DNA of 64,000 nucleotides from an uncultured delta proteobacterium (GTDB lineage Bacteria; Desulfobacterota; Desulfuromonadia; Geobacterales; DSM-12255): NCBI GenBank assembly GCA_963787125.1, contig CAWBBV010000016.1, positions 21,679 to 85,678 of the forward strand, read 5' to 3'. Shown piece by piece: positions 58,681 to 64,000 of this stretch (position 1 is its first letter; each line of letters starts with the position of its first letter). The notes under the pieces were generated by a model. It saw only the letters and a program-made list of their open reading frames with translations, ran no database searches and was not told where the DNA came from. The position numbers and the translations under genes were made by a program.

Positions 58681-59860
58681 GCGTGGCACCGTCTGACTGC
58701 TGCTGAGCATCGAGCGAAATGGCAAAGATCGTCAGATCATCTTCAAACGCTCCACCACAGAACGAATCAGCTAGATTGAAAACTTTTTCGAGCATCGCCT
58801 CAACAGTGAAAGAAGCATCAACCTCAGAGAAAATCTCTTCTGAACAATATGATCCTTCAGCATTTTTTACTTCAATCAAACCATCGGTATAAAGAAGAAT
58901 TTTATCACCTGCCGCCAGCTGGTATTCAGCAACACCCCAGCTGTCAGCCAGATCCCAGCCGAGCGGCGGGCCGGTTGCATCCATCTGGATCATTGAAGAC
59001 GAATTGTAAAGATAGGCCGGATTGTGTCCTGCCGATGCAACCTTGAGACGCTGACTGCACTTGTCGTATACCAGATAGATCATCGTAAGGTACATGCCAC
59101 TGTCCGAAAGCATTTTGACGAGAGTTCGGTTGGCCTCTGCGATAATCTCCGCCGGATCGCTCTTCCCGTTGCCGATGGTCATGAAAAGACCCTTGCAGAC
59201 TGCCATGAAAAGTGCTGCTGAAATACTGTGCCCGGAGATATCTCCAACCAGAAAATGCGCCTTATCCCCATCAAGCCAGCCGTCGAAAAAATCCCCGCCG
59301 ATCTCGTCTGACGGCCTGAAATACACCGCCGTACTGAATCCGGGCAAGTTGATCTGTTCCGGCAGAATTTTCTCCAAGAGGCGATGCGCCAAAATCCGCT
59401 CTTTTTCAAGGGTCGCATTTTTTGCCATCAGCTCTTTCCCAATATTTAGCAGCATATCCCTGCCATGCTTCAGCTCAAGATGATTCTTGATTCTCGCCTT
59501 GACAATAGGGGGGCTGATAGGTTTCGTCAAATAATCGATTGCCCCGATTTCAAGCCCTTTGGTTTCATCCTCCTCCTCACCCATTGCCGTGACAAAGACC
59601 ACCGGAATTGACTCTGTCGCCGGATCTGCTTTCAATAGCGAGCAGGTTTCATAGCCGTCCATATCCGGCATCATGATGTCAAGCAGGATGATGTCTGGCT
59701 GCTCCCTCCTGGCAATCTCAATCCCGGCAGATCCTGAAGTCGCGAAAAAAATCTCATACTCCAGCTGAAATATCTCGTTAAGTATCTGAATATTCGCCAC
59801 AGTATCGTCAATTATCAAAATCTTAAACTGGCGCTCTTGCATACTTTTAGTCCTGTTCAA
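58670..59860 (-). CDS. Response regulator receiver + PP2C (SpoIIE/RsbU-type) phosphatase
   Basis: 396 aa; receiver ILIIDD...[14 protein letters not shown]...K, then PP2C GGDFFD...TDG. Confidence 0.9.
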
Positions 59861-62800
59861 TTGTTATGTTCAAAATCTCGGCGATATTATCGAGAACACT
59901 TTTTGCTTCTTTGAAATTGAGATTATTCACCCCGGCCTCCAGCTTTTCGAGCTGAGCATGAAGAGCGGCAGAAGCAAGCAGCTGCTTGAGTTTTTTGAAA
60001 ACAGTGCAGGCTTCAAGATTGTTTTTGCGCAGATGCAGCGACAGCTCATTGACGACTGCGGCAATTAGTTCAGACGGAACCGCCTCCATGTCAGCTTCAT
60101 TACTCAGCGGCATAAATTCATCCGGCGGCATATCATCAATGAACCCCAGGGTCTTGTTCAGCTCTGCCAGCTTGGCCGCCAGCTCTTTAATCAGAGGGGA
60201 TAAATCATCACTACTCTCTTTTGCCAGCGCGTCCTCAAGCGCTGCCGCAACTGCGCCGGTCTCCTCGGCACCGACTGTTCGCGCCAGCCCCTTTAAAGTG
60301 TGAGCGATTCTTCTGGCTATCAGAGTTTCACCTTTTTCAACAGCATCACTTATTATCCGGTCGTCTTCCGCATGGAGTCGCCGGAACTCTTTAAGAACAG
60401 TTAGCAAAATTTGCTGACTGCCAAGCCTCTTCAGCGCCTTGTCAAGATCAATCCCCGGGGTACTCTCCGGGAAGTTTACCCCATTTCTCTCCGGCGGGAC
60501 AACCGCTTCTATACTGATTTGCGGTATGTCACTTTCCGGTTTAAACCAGCGGTGAAGGGTCGAAAAGAGCTCCGCCACGTCAATCGGCTTTGCCACATGA
60601 TCATTCATACCGGCCGCCAGGCAGCGTTCCCTGTCACTTGTCATGGCGCTGGCCGTCATGGCTATAATCGGCAGCTCCTTGTGCTTTTTACTTGCACGGA
60701 TCATTCTGGTTGCTTCAAAACCATCCATGACCGGCATCTGCAAATCCATCAGAACGGCATCATAGATACTTTCCGCCGAAACCAGCATCTGCACGCCAAC
60801 AGCGCCGTTAGCAGCGATATCCAGTTCGATTCCCCATCTTTCCAGAATCCCTCGTGCGACCTCCTGATTGATAATATTGTCCTCAACCAGAAGGAGACGC
60901 CGCCCTTTGAAATAGTCTTCGACCGCTATTGACTCCGCCTCTTCAGCTATCAGCCTGTCGCCGCGACCTGTGGCTGCCATGATTGCGTAGAGGAGCTGTG
61001 TCGACACTGTCGGCTTAATAACAGTTGAAAAATTGCTGTCGTAACTTTCGCCCCCTGAAAGTTTCCGGTCATTTGTGAAAAGCAGCTTCGGAACCCCGGC
61101 AAATACCTGCAACGCAGCTATTTTATTAATAGCTTCGAGATTGATATCATCAGCAATCGAAACATCGACGAGAATCAGATCATACTCAGCCTCTTTAATC
61201 TTTGACGCTTCTATTGCACTCATGGAACTGACCAGAATCTCAAATGAGGAGAGCATTTTTGCTGTTGCAAGACTCCCCTTGCCGCCGCCATTGACATGAA
61301 GCAGCCGCAGACCTGCGAGCGCCTGAAAGCTCTCGGCCAGAGACTCAGTATGTCCGGTTTCAAGAGCAAAGTTAGCAGAAAAGGCAAAGACGCTCCCCAC
61401 CTCCGGCTCTGACTCCACGGTAATATCTCCGCCCATTAGTTCAACAAGCTGCTTGCTGATTGTGAGACCGAGGCCGGTTCCGCCAAAGCGCCTGGTTGTT
61501 GATGAATCCGCCTGACTGAAAGCACTGAACAGCCGATCCTTCTGCTCCTCAGTCATGCCGATCCCTGTATCTTCAACCGAAAACCTGATGCGTACTTTTT
61601 CAGCAGTTATCGCCTCAAGTGAGACAGATACCAATACCTCCCCTTTATCGGTAAACTTGATCGCGTTACTGACAAGGTTAAGCAGCACCTGCCCGAGCCG
61701 AAGCGGATCACCGTTGAGAAAATCCGGAATATCGGCTGAGGTGGAAATGACAAGATCAACTCTTTTTGTGCCGATGTTGGCCGGGGCTATGTCGGTCAGC
61801 TTTGTCAGCACTTCACTGAGCAGAAACGGGATCGTTTCCATCTGCAGCCGTCCGGCCTCAATCTTCGAAAAATCCAGAATATCATTGATTATTTTGAGCA
61901 ATGACTTGGCAGCCCCGTCAGCTTTCAGCACATAACCCTTCTGCTTGTCATTCAGCCCGGTCTGCTGCACAAGATAGAGCATTCCGATGACGGCATTCAT
62001 CGGTGTTCGGATTTCGTGGCTCATATTGGCCAGAAAAGAGCTCTTGGCAATGGTCGCCGCTTCAGCCTGAGCTTTGGCTCGTTGCAGCTCTGCATAAGCT
62101 CTTTTCTGCTCGGTGATATCCTCCTTCACCGCAACAAAGTGGGTAATCTCGTTGTCGCTGTTCCTGACTGGAGATATGGACGCGGACTCCCATAGAATTT
62201 CACCGTTCTTCTTTTTATTGCAGAGTTCGCCGTGCCATTCGAAACCGCCGCTGATTAAATCCCAGAGTGCGACATAATATTCAGGGGAGTGTAGCCCTGA
62301 CTTGAGTATTCTGGGATTCTGACCGATTGCTTCGGCAGCTGTATATCCGGTTATCTTCGTGAAGCACGGATTCACATATTCGATAATTCCTTTAGTGTCA
62401 GTTATGACAATTGTCACCGGGGACTGTTCGACAGCCAGTGAGAGCTTTCTCAGGAGCGCCTCTGCACCGCGATGCTCCTCCTTGAGCCTGATTGCCACCA
62501 CGGCGTAAGCCAGATTTTCCGTAAGTTCTGTAAGGAGCGCCACCTCTTCTGCGTCAAAAACATCCTCTCCCAGGCTGAAAATCTCCAGAGCGCCAACGAT
62601 ACTCCCTTCTCCCCATAACGGGATGGCAAGCGCCGCCAGGTTGTCGTCCTCACCGCTATCCTCACTTATCCCTTTTATGGAGCGCTCAAGGGTTACACCT
62701 TCAGACTGGATCGCCCTTGAAGCAATACTGCTCACCCTGCTTTCAGCCCTTGACCAGGTGTTATCAACTGATTGCGCGTCTTCAAGACAGTATTCTGCTA

Positions 62801-63977
62801 CGGTTGTCAGACTACCGTCATAATTCAGAACTACGCACGCGGTCTTGTACCCCCCCACCTCCACAAGGTGTCTGCAGATTGCGCTAAAAAGAGAGGCCTC
62901 TTCGGTGAACTGCATGAGGACTTCATGACTCTTGCCCAACACTGTCAGAGTACGATTCATCCGGCGGAGTTCACTTTCCGCCCGGGCAAGCTGAGTCACC
63001 TCACTTCTAATCTCGGAAGTGCTTTTGGCAACTTTTCTCCGCAAGGCAATATTCCAGATAACGATAAAGATAACCGTCAGGAGACCGCCGCCAATGCCGG
63101 CAGCTACCCAGAATTTACGGCTCAGGAAAATCGTATCTTTTTCCCCCGAGACCCATTTTTCATTGATAGTTTTTTTCTCTTTTTCGGGAATTGCTGCCAG
63201 TGCTTTCGAGAGGATACTCCCCAGCTCAGGCCAGTCGTTTCTACTGGAAAAACAGAAATTGTAAAGGTATCCGGCATCGCCGGCTATTGCCAGATTGGTT
63301 ATCTTTTCCTGGGCGATATAGTATGACGCTCTTGATATCTCCATGACGGCAGCATAAGTTTCACCGAAAGATACCGCCTCAAGGGCAGAAATTTCATCTC
63401 TGAACGGCACCATCTTTATTTCCGGATAGTTTTTTTCAATATATTTATAAACCGCAGTCCCTTCAACGGCGGCAACCTTCAACCCCGCCATCTCCGTAAG
63501 TTTCAGCTGCACATTCTCAAGCTCTTTTCTGATGATAATTTTGTTATGGAGCTGGATATAAGGCGGAGTGAAGTCGAGGAAGGAGGTACGATCAAGAGTG
63601 ATTGTACCGGTAACGATTATGTCTACCGCCCTGCTTTTTGTCTCATCAATCAGTTTTTGCCAGCTGGGGTAGTAGACAAGGGTAAAGCGGATCCCGAGAA
63701 GTTTTTCGACCCGCTCGATATAATCGATGCTGAGACCCTGATACCCCTCACCTTTTTCACCTTTCATAATCAGTGGCGGAGTTTCTCGAATACCAATCCG
63801 CAAACCCTGGTGCCCATCCAGCCACTTCTGCTCTTCCGCCGTCAGGTTAAGGGCCGGTGCTGCTGCGGCTGTTAACTGTTCGGCCGAGATCAACAGCATA
63901 ATTCCGGTCAGAAGTAACGGCAAAAAGCCTCTTCCCAACCAGCTACTGACCATGACCATTAACCGGCTCGCCACCAT
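59847..63977 (-). CDS. Hybrid sensor histidine kinase (periplasmic SBP_bac_3 - TM - GAF - PAS - HisKA/HATPase - 2 receivers - HPt)
   Basis: 1376 aa; H-box [26 protein letters not shown], receiver [10 protein letters not shown]...[12 protein letters not shown], HPt AHTLKG. Confidence 0.92.
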   Translation of the reverse strand: MVASRLMVMVSSWLGRGFLPLLLTGIMLLISAEQLTAAAAPALNLTAEEQKWLDGHQGLRIGIRETPPLIMKGEKGEGYQGLSIDYIERVEKLLGIRFTLVYYPSWQKLIDETKSRAVDIIVTGTITLDRTSFLDFTPPYIQLHNKIIIRKELENVQLKLTEMAGLKVAAVEGTAVYKYIEKNYPEIKMVPFRDEISALEAVSFGETYAAVMEISRASYYIAQEKITNLAIAGDAGYLYNFCFSSRNDWPELGSILSKALAAIPEKEKKTINEKWVSGEKDTIFLSRKFWVAAGIGGGLLTVIFIVIWNIALRRKVAKSTSEIRSEVTQLARAESELRRMNRTLTVLGKSHEVLMQFTEEASLFSAICRHLVEVGGYKTACVVLNYDGSLTTVAEYCLEDAQSVDNTWSRAESRVSSIASRAIQSEGVTLERSIKGISEDSGEDDNLAALAIPLWGEGSIVGALEIFSLGEDVFDAEEVALLTELTENLAYAVVAIRLKEEHRGAEALLRKLSLAVEQSPVTIVITDTKGIIEYVNPCFTKITGYTAAEAIGQNPRILKSGLHSPEYYVALWDLISGGFEWHGELCNKKKNGEILWESASISPVRNSDNEITHFVAVKEDITEQKRAYAELQRAKAQAEAATIAKSSFLANMSHEIRTPMNAVIGMLYLVQQTGLNDKQKGYVLKADGAAKSLLKIINDILDFSKIEAGRLQMETIPFLLSEVLTKLTDIAPANIGTKRVDLVISTSADIPDFLNGDPLRLGQVLLNLVSNAIKFTDKGEVLVSVSLEAITAEKVRIRFSVEDTGIGMTEEQKDRLFSAFSQADSSTTRRFGGTGLGLTISKQLVELMGGDITVESEPEVGSVFAFSANFALETGHTESLAESFQALAGLRLLHVNGGGKGSLATAKMLSSFEILVSSMSAIEASKIKEAEYDLILVDVSIADDINLEAINKIAALQVFAGVPKLLFTNDRKLSGGESYDSNFSTVIKPTVSTQLLYAIMAATGRGDRLIAEEAESIAVEDYFKGRRLLLVEDNIINQEVARGILERWGIELDIAANGAVGVQMLVSAESIYDAVLMDLQMPVMDGFEATRMIRASKKHKELPIIAMTASAMTSDRERCLAAGMNDHVAKPIDVAELFSTLHRWFKPESDIPQISIEAVVPPERNGVNFPESTPGIDLDKALKRLGSQQILLTVLKEFRRLHAEDDRIISDAVEKGETLIARRIAHTLKGLARTVGAEETGAVAAALEDALAKESSDDLSPLIKELAAKLAELNKTLGFIDDMPPDEFMPLSNEADMEAVPSELIAAVVNELSLHLRKNNLEACTVFKKLKQLLASAALHAQLEKLEAGVNNLNFKEAKSVLDNIAEILNITIEQD

Positions 63978-64000
63978 AACAACTCCTGCTTAAAACCAGA

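Noticed and set aside
1-64000. Search for tRNA, rRNA, tmRNA, CRISPR arrays and a glmS ribozyme
   Set aside because: By eye, no cloverleaf-like or rRNA-like sequence appears in any intergenic gap and there are no regularly spaced short repeats. The glmS upstream region (35670-35725) is too short for a ribozyme. A covariance-model scan would be needed for certainty.

Overview
The window is a chromosomal segment of a Gram-negative bacterium; gene content looks deltaproteobacterial/Desulfuromonadales-like, which I cannot verify. It splits into two parts.

**33.8-64 kb, conserved backbone.** glmS-glmU, a B12/radical-SAM gene, a PAS-GAF histidine kinase, plsY, an MFS transporter and two AI-2E transporters, lpxH-like, a PBP, yihY, ytxH, DUF948, tatA, uvrB and comF. 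It ends with a GspE/PilB-type ATPase and one pseudopilin lying directly downstream of a partner-switching module: hybrid HK, RR-PP2C, RsbW-like kinase and STAS protein.

**1-33.8 kb, accessory DNA.** A Tn7-like element sits in the canonical attTn7 position. Its right end with three TnsB-type repeats is 24 nt past the glmS stop, followed by tnsA-B-C-D and a TnsE-position gene. tnsC is interrupted by a sense-oriented ~1.9 kb group II intron whose removal restores an in-frame C-terminus. No left end is visible in the window.

**Main finding: a polymorphic-toxin/immunity-like array in the cargo.** It holds three tandem paralogues of a ~1,000-aa exported transglutaminase-fold protein.
- The bodies are near-identical and end in ...GYMISGG.
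- Each then switches abruptly to a different AT-rich, multi-helix hydrophobic C-terminus.
- Each is tightly linked to a different small AT-rich membrane-protein gene.
- I do not recognise this scaffold as a described system.
- One copy is split by an IS3-family element with a 3-bp TSD.
- Another has its last codons replaced by an IS1380-family element with a 5-bp TSD.

The array is followed by an open-ended gene of more than 3,100 codons for a giant surface protein. That gene is absent from the ORF track because it has no in-window stop.

I found no rRNA, tRNA or CRISPR array.
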